Part shown: positions 15,643-25,491 of the stretch, piece by piece
Layout: each line of letters opens with the position of its first letter
Position numbering within the stretch: position 1 is the stretch's first letter
Origin: a virus
IMG/VR virus record: IMGVR_UViG_3300023184_002781
Location: 32,212-96,211 of that record
Reading direction: 5' to 3' (one strand)
Length of the DNA stretch: 64,000 nt
Made by a program: the position numbers and the translations under genes
Notes under the pieces: model-generated
What the model was told of the DNA's origin: nothing
Databases searched by the model: none
What the model saw: only the letters and a program-made list of their open reading frames with translations

Positions 15643-18600
15643 TTATCTACGCACGAAATGATAGTCGCCGTCGGGACCGTTGTTGCTAAAAAGTCCTAAA
15701 CAGTCATAGCCTATTGAATCCATATAAGCAATCACAGTATCTTTTAACGGAGCACCTTTGTTATATTCTACTATTTGTAATTCTAATATAATATGTTTGG
15801 CAGTTTTAATAGTTTCTTGAGCACCTTTAAGCACATCCAATTCAGCACCCTGTACATCCATTTTAATTAAATCAGGTGGAGGAAATCTTTTTAAACTAGC
15901 AACTGCATCGAGCGTAATAGTCCTAAGTTTTCTTACATATCTATCACTATACAATGTTGCGGCGGCTGGTTGAATATCGGGATTTTCTCTGTAATAGCTG
16001 TTGCCGCCCGGTGCTTCGTTATTTTGATAAAAATCTACTTCTTTACCACTTTCACTACTTAATACACCTATGTGATATTTTATGCCAGTTTCTTGATATA
16101 AGAATTCATGTACATCAGCAGCTTCAAATGCTATAACTTCTGCACCAGGCCAAATAGTTCTAACCCTGTCAGTCCAATGCAATACACATGCTCCAACATC
16201 ATATATAACTTTTGGATTCTCACCTTGCTCTTTTAACTTGTTTAAGTAGTCAATATGTGCTGGGGGGAACGGATAAGGATCTCGCAACTCTCTTAAAAAT
16301 TGTTTAATATCAACTACTGTAGAATGTGTTTCAATCATAGGCAAACTAGTATCTACATTAAATGTAAAACTGCCCGTATGTCTGCATAAGATACCAGAAT
16401 CCGCCCAAATAGTAAATCCTTTTTCTCTAGCTTTTCTACAAAAATCAACATCTTCAGATACCGTACCTTCCATAGATATGGCGCTGTAATATTTAAATTG
16501 CGGATATCCTATAGTTCTAAATACTTCAGCTTTAACTAATGCACATCCGAACCCGCAGCCTGCAACTTCTACAAGCGGTCTGTTTTTTAATTTTCCATAG
16601 GGCATATTAGTAACACCCCCTGTAGGAGTGTGTTCATATATTTCTAAAATATGTTGTCCCGGCTTACGCTGTATATATAATCCGGATACCACAGGTTTAT
16701 CATGTGCTAATAATCTTGCTAATGTATCCGGTGGAAAAGAAATATCACTATCAACTGAGAACAAATAATCAAAACCGTTAATTGTCCAATCTGCAATTAG
16801 ATTGCGAATTTGATCTATATTGTATCCATAAAAATATTGAAACACAGTTTCATATCCATCTGGAATTATTAGATCGTAGATACTTTTAAAAGTATCAGGC
16901 TCAATGTTCTTAGCTGTGGGAATTGCTATAAGTATCTTCTTTTTAGGTTGAATCATGTTATTAACTATCTCGTTTGCGTTTTTAGTTTGTTCTTGCGAAT
17001 TAACTTTGTAATCGTTTAATGGGCTTGCATCATTGTAATTATATACTATGTCTTGAAGGCATTTTATTTTGTTAGGATCTGCTTTTTCTATTAATGCATA
17101 GAATACACTTCCATCGCCACCTGCTTTATACCAGTTACCATTTTTATCCTTAAATGAACTATCATCAATATTATTCAATAATGATTTTTTGAATGTTCTT
17201 AAATGTGTGTAGGGCAATATCCAATTAAAATGATAATTTCTATAAGATCTATTTTGTTTTACTTCTTCTGGATATGGTTGGCTTATTAATGGTATATTAT
17301 CAACCATGCTCCAGCAACTACCATAGGTGAATTCAGTACCATCTTCATATATTGAATTATAATATGCTAGTACTGTATTGTCATTAATTAAACTATCATC
17401 ACCATCTAATAACATAACAATAGCATCATCACTGATCATTGATCTAATGTTTTGTATTTGATTCCTAACTGCGCCTAAATTCTCACTATTTGCAATAACT
17501 GAAAACTTATTTCTAATATCTACTGGTAATTCTCTTAATGTATCTAATATTACATCTATAGTATTATCAGTACTTGCATCGTCGATTAAAATATGTTGAT
17601 AGTTATCATAGTCCTGTGACGCTACACTGACTATACAACGAGCAATATATTCGGCACAGTTGTAAAACGGGCTAACAATTACAATCTTTTTTTCGTTGCC
17701 TAGTTTATAATTTTCTAGTTCGATAGTATTGTTAAATCTACGATTCCATATTTTATGTACTCGTTGATTAATTTTTGATACTTGACGATAACTATCTCTG
17801 GATATATATTTGCCCAAACGATGTGCTATGTGTTGTTTCCACTGTAGGGCAACACTATCCCATCCTGCTATATCTTTAACTATATTACAATAGTATTGTT
17901 TTTGTTGATGAAGATATCTATTGTGATATGCTTTTATAGTCATTTCTACAAATTTATTAACTTGTTCGGGACTATTAATATCGGGAAACAATCCGTTAGG
18001 CTCAACTGCATAATCAATATGATAGCAAGCACCTTCTAATGCAATTTCTTCTAATGCTCCAAATCTACAAGTAAGTATGGGAGTATTGTATAGCAAACTT
18101 TCTAAAGATGATATACCAAATGTTTCAGGAAATGCTGCTGGGTATATCATAAAACTTGCCAATGTAAGTATATCAGCAATTTCTTTTTGTGAAATAACTC
18201 CGGTATATTCAATGCCAAGTTCTAAATTGCGTGGATCAGCTGCCATTCGCCGCCAATCTTTTTCTTGTTGATCAGGTTCGGAACTTTCGCTAAATCTATA
18301 ATAGCCGCCGATAACTTTTAATCTAGCACTGGGTATCATAGCCTTTACCTTAGGCCATATATGATTCACTAATGGAATCATACCCTTGGTCACACTAGCA
18401 TTATATACAAATAAGTTATGATCCTTAGCTTTGATATCAACTTCTTTTTTATAATTTCTAGCACCATTACGTGTGATAAACATCTTACGTTTTAGTACTT
18501 CAAAATTGCGTCTGCGTCCGTGATTACAATTTGCAACATAGGTTAAGTGAAAGTCACTGAGTGTGAATATATCAGTTATACGATCAGCAACCGTAAGTTC

Positions 18601-19014
18601 CTCAATGATGTTATCACCTAGACAAAATGTATCATGCATCCATAATATACGCATCTTAGCTTTAGATAATATTCTATCATACAAATTCATGCTATAGAAT
18701 GGATTTGCTCTATTATCTCCAAGTTTATGATAATCGTTTGGATCAGTAAATGGAATTACAGTTCTTGAACTTACAACTATATCAAATACATGATCATTGG
18801 CTAATTCAATTAATGGTTTATATTCAACCCCATCATAGTTCCCGGGTTTTGCATGATCTATACCGCAATTATTAAATACGGTAACATTAAATCCTATTTG
18901 AGCTAATTCACGTGCCATTAGTGTGACAGCACTTTCACTACCGCCTAATCCTTGATTATCTATAGTAGTACCATCGTAGGGTATACCAATTATATCTATA
19001 ATAGCAATTTTCAT
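15643..19014 (-). CDS. Multidomain glycosyltransferase (GT4-like + GT2 + GT-A) fused to FkbM methyltransferase
   Basis: GLGGSE...ETFGISSLE (GT-B); SPFYN...IDDASTD...LDGDD (GT2); SVDSD...GFGCAL...SEDVDFC (GT-A); YDVGA...IKMDVQGAELDVLKG (FkbM). Confidence 0.9.
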   Translation of the reverse strand: MKIAIIDIIGIPYDGTTIDNQGLGGSESAVTLMARELAQIGFNVTVFNNCGIDHAKPGNYDGVEYKPLIELANDHVFDIVVSSRTVIPFTDPNDYHKLGDNRANPFYSMNLYDRILSKAKMRILWMHDTFCLGDNIIEELTVADRITDIFTLSDFHLTYVANCNHGRRRNFEVLKRKMFITRNGARNYKKEVDIKAKDHNLFVYNASVTKGMIPLVNHIWPKVKAMIPSARLKVIGGYYRFSESSEPDQQEKDWRRMAADPRNLELGIEYTGVISQKEIADILTLASFMIYPAAFPETFGISSLESLLYNTPILTCRFGALEEIALEGACYHIDYAVEPNGLFPDINSPEQVNKFVEMTIKAYHNRYLHQQKQYYCNIVKDIAGWDSVALQWKQHIAHRLGKYISRDSYRQVSKINQRVHKIWNRRFNNTIELENYKLGNEKKIVIVSPFYNCAEYIARCIVSVASQDYDNYQHILIDDASTDNTIDVILDTLRELPVDIRNKFSVIANSENLGAVRNQIQNIRSMISDDAIVMLLDGDDSLINDNTVLAYYNSIYEDGTEFTYGSCWSMVDNIPLISQPYPEEVKQNRSYRNYHFNWILPYTHLRTFKKSLLNNIDDSSFKDKNGNWYKAGGDGSVFYALIEKADPNKIKCLQDIVYNYNDASPLNDYKVNSQEQTKNANEIVNNMIQPKKKILIAIPTAKNIEPDTFKSIYDLIIPDGYETVFQYFYGYNIDQIRNLIADWTINGFDYLFSVDSDISFPPDTLARLLAHDKPVVSGLYIQRKPGQHILEIYEHTPTGGVTNMPYGKLKNRPLVEVAGCGFGCALVKAEVFRTIGYPQFKYYSAISMEGTVSEDVDFCRKAREKGFTIWADSGILCRHTGSFTFNVDTSLPMIETHSTVVDIKQFLRELRDPYPFPPAHIDYLNKLKEQGENPKVIYDVGACVLHWTDRVRTIWPGAEVIAFEAADVHEFLYQETGIKYHIGVLSSESGKEVDFYQNNEAPGGNSYYRENPDIQPAAATLYSDRYVRKLRTITLDAVASLKRFPPPDLIKMDVQGAELDVLKGAQETIKTAKHIILELQIVEYNKGAPLKDTVIAYMDSIGYDCLGLFSNNGPDGDYHFVRR

Positions 19015-19025
19015 ATATGCTATTA

Positions 19026-19053
19026 ATTATACTATCTCCGATTAGAATGTCAA
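19026..19053 (-). promoter_or_regulatory. Consensus sigma70 promoter, near-leaderless
   Basis: TTGACA-N16-TATAAT, 11 nt before the GT ATG, no SD. Confidence 0.8.
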
Positions 19054-19066
19054 TGATCTTGAATTA

Positions 19067-20011
19067 TTATAATTTAAACGAAACGGTGCCACTAGCAACT
19101 CTGTATATATGATATCCGTTTTGATTAAGATATGTGTATGATGCTCCTGTACTTGTAATAATACTTGGTTTGTTATATCTGTTTGGCCACCAAACTATAG
19201 CAACCCCGCGTTGGCCACCTGAAGATGAGGTGCCATTCGAGCCCCCAGCTCCCCCACCTCCGATTGTAGTACTTCCAACGTTACGACGACCACCTTCTGC
19301 ATAAACAAGAGAATATATTGAGCTTTCTGCTACATTCCAGAATAGCCCAGGACCCTGAACACCAGTACCACCGCTTATATAAGTTCCAGGTCCACCAGCA
19401 CCACCGCCACCACCACCTCCGCTGGTGAAAAAAGTATCCCCTTCTCCAGAACCGTCGTTACCATATCCACCATATGTTGATGATGGTTGTATTGCATTTC
19501 CGCCAGGCGAACCGCCACCAGCAGATAGTCCGGCAGGACCAGAATAACAACCACCACCACCGCCTCCAGAACCACCATTATTTGCGCCGGGCGTATTGCC
19601 AGCATGGGATCCACCACCACCACCATAGGCTATTCTAGTATTTGGTCCAAAAACACCAGTAGAATCACCACCGTTACCACCATTTCCGCCGCCACCAGCA
19701 CCACCGCCATTACCTACTGTTAAAGATATTATTGAGCCATTTGTAAGGTAATTAAAATTACCGGGCAATAGACCGCCAGCACCGCCCCCACCACCACCAC
19801 CGTCTCCAGGGCCGCCACCGCCGCCGCCACCACCTACTAATAAAAAACTAATATTACTAACTATACCGTCTGGCCAAAGAGAATCATTTTGGGCTTGCAG
19901 AGCTTCTTTCATTGACCAAAAATTGTTACCAACGTTACTTGTGTTGTCTTTTAGGTTAGGACCAGGAGCAACATAATATTGTTGTATGGTATGTCTAGGA
20001 TTATTACTCAT
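19067..20011 (-). CDS. Glycine-rich fibre-associated protein (314 aa)
   Basis: FLLVGGGGGGG...GVAIVWWP Gly-rich domain; paralog of 20016..20960. Confidence 0.8.
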   Translation of the reverse strand: MSNNPRHTIQQYYVAPGPNLKDNTSNVGNNFWSMKEALQAQNDSLWPDGIVSNISFLLVGGGGGGGGPGDGGGGGGGAGGLLPGNFNYLTNGSIISLTVGNGGGAGGGGNGGNGGDSTGVFGPNTRIAYGGGGGSHAGNTPGANNGGSGGGGGGCYSGPAGLSAGGGSPGGNAIQPSSTYGGYGNDGSGEGDTFFTSGGGGGGGAGGPGTYISGGTGVQGPGLFWNVAESSIYSLVYAEGGRRNVGSTTIGGGGAGGSNGTSSSGGQRGVAIVWWPNRYNKPSIITSTGASYTYLNQNGYHIYRVASGTVSFKL

Positions 20012-20015
20012 AATA

Positions 20016-20960
20016 TTAAAATTTTATTGAGCCTTCACCGCTGGTAAATTTATATACTCTATAACCATTTACTATACTAGTTGTATAATTACCTGTAATA
20101 ACACTTGGGCTGTTATATGTTGAATCCCACCAAAATATAGCAACACCTGCCATACCAACAGTATTTGAGCCGCCACCAACCCCGCCATTGCCACTATTCG
20201 GAGTTGTATCGGGTGCAGTTAAACCACTACCTGCTCCTCCTTTTGCATATGTACCACTATATGGTGATAAAGATGCTATATTAACCGCCAAGCCAGCACC
20301 GCCAGCACCCGATCCATTAATAGGAGCAGCACCGCCAGCACCGCCAGCACCGCCACCACCACCTCCGTCTGAACCACCAGTGGGGGCTGCTGCACCACCG
20401 ACATTGCCGTAAGGTATTTGAAGTCTAGCACCACCTGCGCCACCGGCACCGCTACTACCAGTACCTGAGGCGCCACCACCACCACCACCACCAGAACCAC
20501 CAGCATTACCTGCGTAACCAGAGTCAAACTGATTGCCGGTAGGATCCTGCCCGCCACCGCCGCCGCCCCCATAAGCAATATTAGTAATAGATCCAGAAAT
20601 AACAGTAGTGTTCCCACCATTCCCACCATTATTTTGTCCGCTGCCAGCGCGGGAACCACCAGTACCAATTGTTATTGAGATTAATTGTCCTCTACGTATA
20701 TTGTTATAATTATTTAAAATTAATCCACCTGCACCGCCACCACCACCACCCCCACCGCCAGTACCAGCGGGAGGAATACCGCCCCCACCACCACCACCCC
20801 CAATAATTAAATAATTAATAGTAGGAATTACACCATTGGGCCATATCTCACTATCTTGTGCTAATTTTTGATCTCGAATAGTCCATAACCCTTTAGCCGA
20901 CGTTATAGTAGGACTAGCAGGTCGGCTTGGTTGAACAAGTCTTTTATAAAAATTAGACAT
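20016..20960 (-). CDS. Glycine-rich fibre-associated protein (314 aa)
   Basis: GLWTIRDQ...IWP N-terminal motif; YLIIGGGGGG domain; GYRVYKFTSG C-terminus. Confidence 0.8.
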   Translation of the reverse strand: MSNFYKRLVQPSRPASPTITSAKGLWTIRDQKLAQDSEIWPNGVIPTINYLIIGGGGGGGGIPPAGTGGGGGGGGGAGGLILNNYNNIRRGQLISITIGTGGSRAGSGQNNGGNGGNTTVISGSITNIAYGGGGGGGQDPTGNQFDSGYAGNAGGSGGGGGGGASGTGSSGAGGAGGARLQIPYGNVGGAAAPTGGSDGGGGGGAGGAGGAAPINGSGAGGAGLAVNIASLSPYSGTYAKGGAGSGLTAPDTTPNSGNGGVGGGSNTVGMAGVAIFWWDSTYNSPSVITGNYTTSIVNGYRVYKFTSGEGSIKF

Positions 20961-20975
20961 AATCTATTTTATATA

Positions 20976-21350
20976 TTAGCTGATAGTCTCATATACAATA
21001 ATGTATTCTAATGCTGATGATGTACCAGATGTTACTAATATACTAGAATCTTCAGTTAGATATAAAAAGTTACCTTTATCTACTAATTGCAAACTAGCAC
21101 CAGTAGGTATATATATATTAAATGCTATTCTATAATTACTAGGTCCTGTACCTGTAGCAGCATTATTGATAGATACAGTAGTTGGTACTGAGCTGTCTGT
21201 CACATTGGTTACTACTAAAGAATTTACTTTTATAACTGAGTTAGAACCGGGCTGATTATTTAATAATACATTTGATATAATATTTGCAGGTACTGCTCCT
21301 GCATATCCTGCTATAATTGACGATACATTTACAATATTTGGTGCTGACAT
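20976..21350 (-). CDS. Small beta-rich virion/adaptor protein (124 aa)
   Basis: MSAPNIVNV...IKVNSLVVTNV...LYLTED; similar layout to 55396..55737. Confidence 0.7.
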   Translation of the reverse strand: MSAPNIVNVSSIIAGYAGAVPANIISNVLLNNQPGSNSVIKVNSLVVTNVTDSSVPTTVSINNAATGTGPSNYRIAFNIYIPTGASLQLVDKGNFLYLTEDSSILVTSGTSSALEYIIVYETIS

Positions 21351-21351
21351 T

Positions 21352-21648
21352 TTATCCTCCGAAGATCATTGCCATGGCTATGGCCTTACCTGTTGATACT
21401 CCACCGGCTGATCCGGTGTAACCTTGATTACCTTGGTAACCTTTACTGCCGGTATATCCGCCTGCTGGACCTCGACTACCGGTATAACCTGCACTACCCC
21501 AATAACCACCACTACCGGTATATCCACCAGCGGGGCCTTGACTACCTACAAATCCTGCACTACCAGTGTATCCACCAGCGGGGCCGCGACTACCTACATA
21601 TCCTACAAGGTTTGATCCTAAAATTTGTTGTATGCTTATTGTTGTCAT
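21352..21648 (-). CDS. Mini collagen-like protein with hydrophobic C-terminal tag
   Basis: GYTGS repeats; ends STGKAIAMAMIFGG. Confidence 0.75.
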   Translation of the reverse strand: MTTISIQQILGSNLVGYVGSRGPAGGYTGSAGFVGSQGPAGGYTGSGGYWGSAGYTGSRGPAGGYTGSKGYQGNQGYTGSAGGVSTGKAIAMAMIFGG

Positions 21649-21649
21649 G

Positions 21650-22327
21650 TTATCCCCAGAATTGATAAGGTGCCGCAGTTATTGAATTAGAATAAGATTC
21701 TCCAAATAAGTCAAAGGCTTTTATTGGTATGTCACCTAACCTTAATGGATTACTTGACATAAATGCAAGACTTGTAGATGCAACTTGTATTGCTGGCGGT
21801 GTTTCTGCTAAATTTGAACTACCAAAAGCACTTCTTACAGTTGTTATTGTAGAGACTGATAATACCGCTGCTAAATTTGATTTCACAAAAATGCTTCTTA
21901 TAGCTGTCAATGATGATATTGATAGCACCGAAGTAGAAGTCATTGCTATTTTAACAAAATTAGTTGTGGTAAAATAATTTGATAGAGTAGATGCCCAACT
22001 AGGGGATGTACTTGAATAATAGAAATTTGTTACAGTTGTAGCAACATTTACACTACCATATACAGTAAGAGTATTAGTATATAATGTTCCTAGAGCAATT
22101 GTTAATTGTCCGTCAAGACCAATTACATTAAAATTTGCACAATTAGCTGCTGCTCCTAATGTAACAGTCCAAGGACTTGTACCAGAATTAGAATTTACGT
22201 CAAAAAATACATCATCGCCAGGTGTAGGTGCGCTTGCTCCGCTTGACCCATTTGAGGTAGCAGACCAATTTGTTGTGGCGGATAAATTCCATGTACCATT
22301 TCCACCTACCCAATAACGACTGGCCAT
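21650..22327 (-). CDS. Ser/Thr-rich virion protein (225 aa)
   Basis: RYWVGGNGTW...NWS...PTPGDDVFFD N-terminal module. Confidence 0.7.
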   Translation of the reverse strand: MASRYWVGGNGTWNLSATTNWSATSNGSSGASAPTPGDDVFFDVNSNSGTSPWTVTLGAAANCANFNVIGLDGQLTIALGTLYTNTLTVYGSVNVATTVTNFYYSSTSPSWASTLSNYFTTTNFVKIAMTSTSVLSISSLTAIRSIFVKSNLAAVLSVSTITTVRSAFGSSNLAETPPAIQVASTSLAFMSSNPLRLGDIPIKAFDLFGESYSNSITAAPYQFWG

Positions 22328-22340
22328 TTAGTACCTTTCA

Positions 22341-24563
22341 TTAACCCTTAACGAGTAATCTTCCAGGGGATGGGAATCCTGCTGATGTTTGTGATACTGG
22401 ATATAATCCGGATATAACATATACACGATTATCAGTATTTCCAGTTGGAGTAAAAGACCCAAAAATTCTTGTTCCATTTGTACTTTGAAGACCAACTCCA
22501 AATGGTGCTGCTGTTATTACAGCACTACCAGCACTAAGATATAAAGATTGTCCAGGAATAACAGCCGCTGGGTGATTAGGTACAACTCGAGAAACATAAC
22601 CAGCAGCGGCTACGCCTGCAACAGCTCCTATTTTCTTAGAAGTAATTACAAGTTGGCCACGCATGGGTACAATAGCTAAATCGCCCTTGCTATCATATAC
22701 ACCGGATGCAGTACCTAGAGTAGAATAAGAATTAGCACCAGTTGCTCCATAGGTCCATGTTACTATACTAGAGGTGTTTAAATTAGCTGTATTAAATTCA
22801 TAGATAAATGCAGCAGCACCTGAAACAAATAGATATGGTTTTGGAGACCATCCGCCACCAGTTAAGGAGGTTGCTGTATAATCCATCCAGAATGCACAAG
22901 GCGAATCACCCGGTGTTGTAGCAATGCCACCTGGCCAGCTTGCGGCATATTTAGGATTTACAATACTAAAACCGACACCAGTGTCAGAAGCAAACTTACT
23001 AAGTATAGGCAGACTTAGAGTTACTCCATTTACACCTGACTGACTAGCAAGATACACATTTCCCTGATAGTCCGGAACCGGAACACCAAAATTTGTAGCA
23101 ACTACAGTAGCACTAGTTGCCTGGAACGATGCTGATAAAGTAAAGGTTGATCTATTAAAAGCAAAACACCAAGGTAAAGTTAAAGCGGATCTAGATACAC
23201 CATAAACATATTTTCCATCAATACCTAAATATGCTGTACCAGATGTAATAGTTGCAATTGTAGATGTAGTAAAATTTTCTGTATCTACTGAAACAATACC
23301 AGTGTTTAAAGAACCATAAACTGTTCTTGCACCATCAAATACAATATCAAGAATACCACTACCTGCAGAATGCGGAACCCTTAATGTAGTAGCACCATTG
23401 GCACCAGTACCCATATCATAGGTATAAATTCCTTGATTGGTACTTATCCATAAATTATTACCTACTGAAATAACTTTGGTTGCAGTAGTAAAAGAAGGAA
23501 GATTTGTAAAAAAAGCTGAAGTTCCGGTAGAAGCAGCATTGCTAGTAAGGAACGAATCATGCTCACAACCACCATTCAACGGTAATATTAAATTTTCTGT
23601 ACTCGGGCCGCCAGCATTTGGCCAACCTCCCGTACTATCAATATTAACCATTACTGTATCTAATGCACCACCTAATGCTTTTGTAACCCCAGTATTATAC
23701 ATTCTTCCCAATGGCATATATTTTGAAATAGCATCTGCAGAAATAGGACTTGTTACAGTTTTTAAAGTATCCCAACCATACGTAGGAGCACCGGTAGTGA
23801 TACCATTTGCATAAGATGCTAAATGCAACATATTTACATCACGAGTAATAGCTAACGCTCCAGTTGGATAAATTGGTGGATACATTCCTCTATTAGTTAC
23901 AGGAGCATATACAGATGCTGCCCTAGCACCAACTAATCCGTCAGCAGTCCTAGGGAATGCAAACATAACACTACTTGTAGTTAAAGAAGCAGCATTTCCA
24001 TAAGGTGTTCCAAGTATTAAACTATTAGTCCATGCCCAATTTGGTGAAGGATTAGCAGCAGATGCGGTATCTTCAGCTGCTACACGTTCAAATTCAAATA
24101 CACCAGACCAAAATCCTGGCTCGTTCTTAATAAATGACCAAAGCACACAATGTCTTTGAGTAGCATTTATTAAAATGATACTATCTTTGATATCATATCC
24201 ATGTGGGAATACTCCACCTCCACTCCATGTTTCATTTGTAGGAGCATGTGTAGATACATTCCACGATTCGCAAGTTGATGTGTATATAACCAATTTAACT
24301 GTGTCAATACGTATAATAAAATATTTTGTCGTAACAGCAGCCGTTCCTATTGTATAATCAGCGTTAGGAGCAGTATAAACTAATGTTGTCATAGGACTAT
24401 ATAAATGTCCTGATGATGAGCCGCCTACTAGTGTATCAAGAAGAGTCCATCCACCTTTGGCCATTCCTTGTTGAATAGCACTGATAATATTAGTAGATGA
24501 TGTTTCATTAATAATATTAATTTTTAAGCTATTCGCAGTATATGATGAAGTTGTAATTGTCAT
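22341..24563 (-). CDS. Virion protein with probable C-terminal beta-propeller (740 aa)
   Basis: Blade-like repeats NLWISTNQGIYTYD, DIVFDGARTVY, GIDGKYVY, DYQGNVY; TATAAATA upstream (24606-24613). Confidence 0.65.
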   Translation of the reverse strand: MTITTSSYTANSLKINIINETSSTNIISAIQQGMAKGGWTLLDTLVGGSSSGHLYSPMTTLVYTAPNADYTIGTAAVTTKYFIIRIDTVKLVIYTSTCESWNVSTHAPTNETWSGGGVFPHGYDIKDSIILINATQRHCVLWSFIKNEPGFWSGVFEFERVAAEDTASAANPSPNWAWTNSLILGTPYGNAASLTTSSVMFAFPRTADGLVGARAASVYAPVTNRGMYPPIYPTGALAITRDVNMLHLASYANGITTGAPTYGWDTLKTVTSPISADAISKYMPLGRMYNTGVTKALGGALDTVMVNIDSTGGWPNAGGPSTENLILPLNGGCEHDSFLTSNAASTGTSAFFTNLPSFTTATKVISVGNNLWISTNQGIYTYDMGTGANGATTLRVPHSAGSGILDIVFDGARTVYGSLNTGIVSVDTENFTTSTIATITSGTAYLGIDGKYVYGVSRSALTLPWCFAFNRSTFTLSASFQATSATVVATNFGVPVPDYQGNVYLASQSGVNGVTLSLPILSKFASDTGVGFSIVNPKYAASWPGGIATTPGDSPCAFWMDYTATSLTGGGWSPKPYLFVSGAAAFIYEFNTANLNTSSIVTWTYGATGANSYSTLGTASGVYDSKGDLAIVPMRGQLVITSKKIGAVAGVAAAGYVSRVVPNHPAAVIPGQSLYLSAGSAVITAAPFGVGLQSTNGTRIFGSFTPTGNTDNRVYVISGLYPVSQTSAGFPSPGRLLVKG

Positions 24564-24632
24564 AATTTTCCCGTTATATACGCAGACAATGCTGCAATTT
24601 TATTATATTTATACCTAAAATTCAGTTTAATA

Positions 24633-25469
24633 TTAAATAGGTTGATATACCAACTGTAGGTATAAATCAACTCCCGGATTTAAATTTGAACCTACTGATA
24701 AAACATTAACAGTTAAATACTCGCCCGCCGCCAGGGCATATCCTGTAATATCAGGAGTAGTTGTTATTGAATTTGCTGGTATAGTTAAATTTAACAATGT
24801 AACTGCATTTTTTACCAAAGTGAGATTAATATCTGCATCAGGTGCTACTCTAACTCTAGGTGTTATAGATGTTAAATTACATGCAAAGGGTGCATACCAT
24901 CGAGCAAATCCTGTAAATACTACTAGATTCCCAGGTTGTTGTAATGTAATGGTATTAGCACCAATACTACCAGTGTATCCCGTATTACCTTTTGGACCAC
25001 CTGTGGCTGTAACCTGCCAGGTAGCTCCATTATAAATAAATTCAAATGTACTACCTTTGAGATCTAAACTAATATCATCAGTCCCACCTTCTATGGTATT
25101 GCCATTCCTTAGTACAGTAACTGGATATCCATTACTTAGATCATTACCGTCTGTTAGTTGTATATAAGTACCGGTACTTGCAATTGCAGGTAATGTTACA
25201 CTGAATGCTCCAAAGCTATTATTCAATATAATTCTATCACCGTCTATTGCTGTATAATTAGTAGATGTACTAAACCATGGATTAGTAGCAGATCCGCTAG
25301 GACCAGGAACTCCTCGACTACCAGTATAACCTACACTACCGGTATAACCTAGTGTTGTACTTGTGGCCTTCCAAAATCCAGTTTCGTTGCCTACCCATGT
25401 CCATGTTCTTTCACCTGCTGAAAAAACTGTGCCGTTAGTTGATGTTGTTGGAAAATTAATAGCTGTCAT
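24633..25469 (-). CDS. Short fibre protein with GYTGS linkers and T4 gp9/gp10-like domain
   Basis: INFP...TWTW head; YTAIDGDRI...VTLP...VTVLRNGNTIEG...FIYNGATW module. Confidence 0.65.
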   Translation of the reverse strand: MTAINFPTTSTNGTVFSAGERTWTWVGNETGFWKATSTTLGYTGSVGYTGSRGVPGPSGSATNPWFSTSTNYTAIDGDRIILNNSFGAFSVTLPAIASTGTYIQLTDGNDLSNGYPVTVLRNGNTIEGGTDDISLDLKGSTFEFIYNGATWQVTATGGPKGNTGYTGSIGANTITLQQPGNLVVFTGFARWYAPFACNLTSITPRVRVAPDADINLTLVKNAVTLLNLTIPANSITTTPDITGYALAAGEYLTVNVLSVGSNLNPGVDLYLQLVYQPI

Positions 25470-25491
25470 ATGTATATTTATTCGCTATGAG

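Noticed and set aside
24581-24600. Second PhaR box (TTGCAGCATTGTCTGC)
   Set aside because: Only a half match; more simply a short 5'UTR hairpin after a late promoter.
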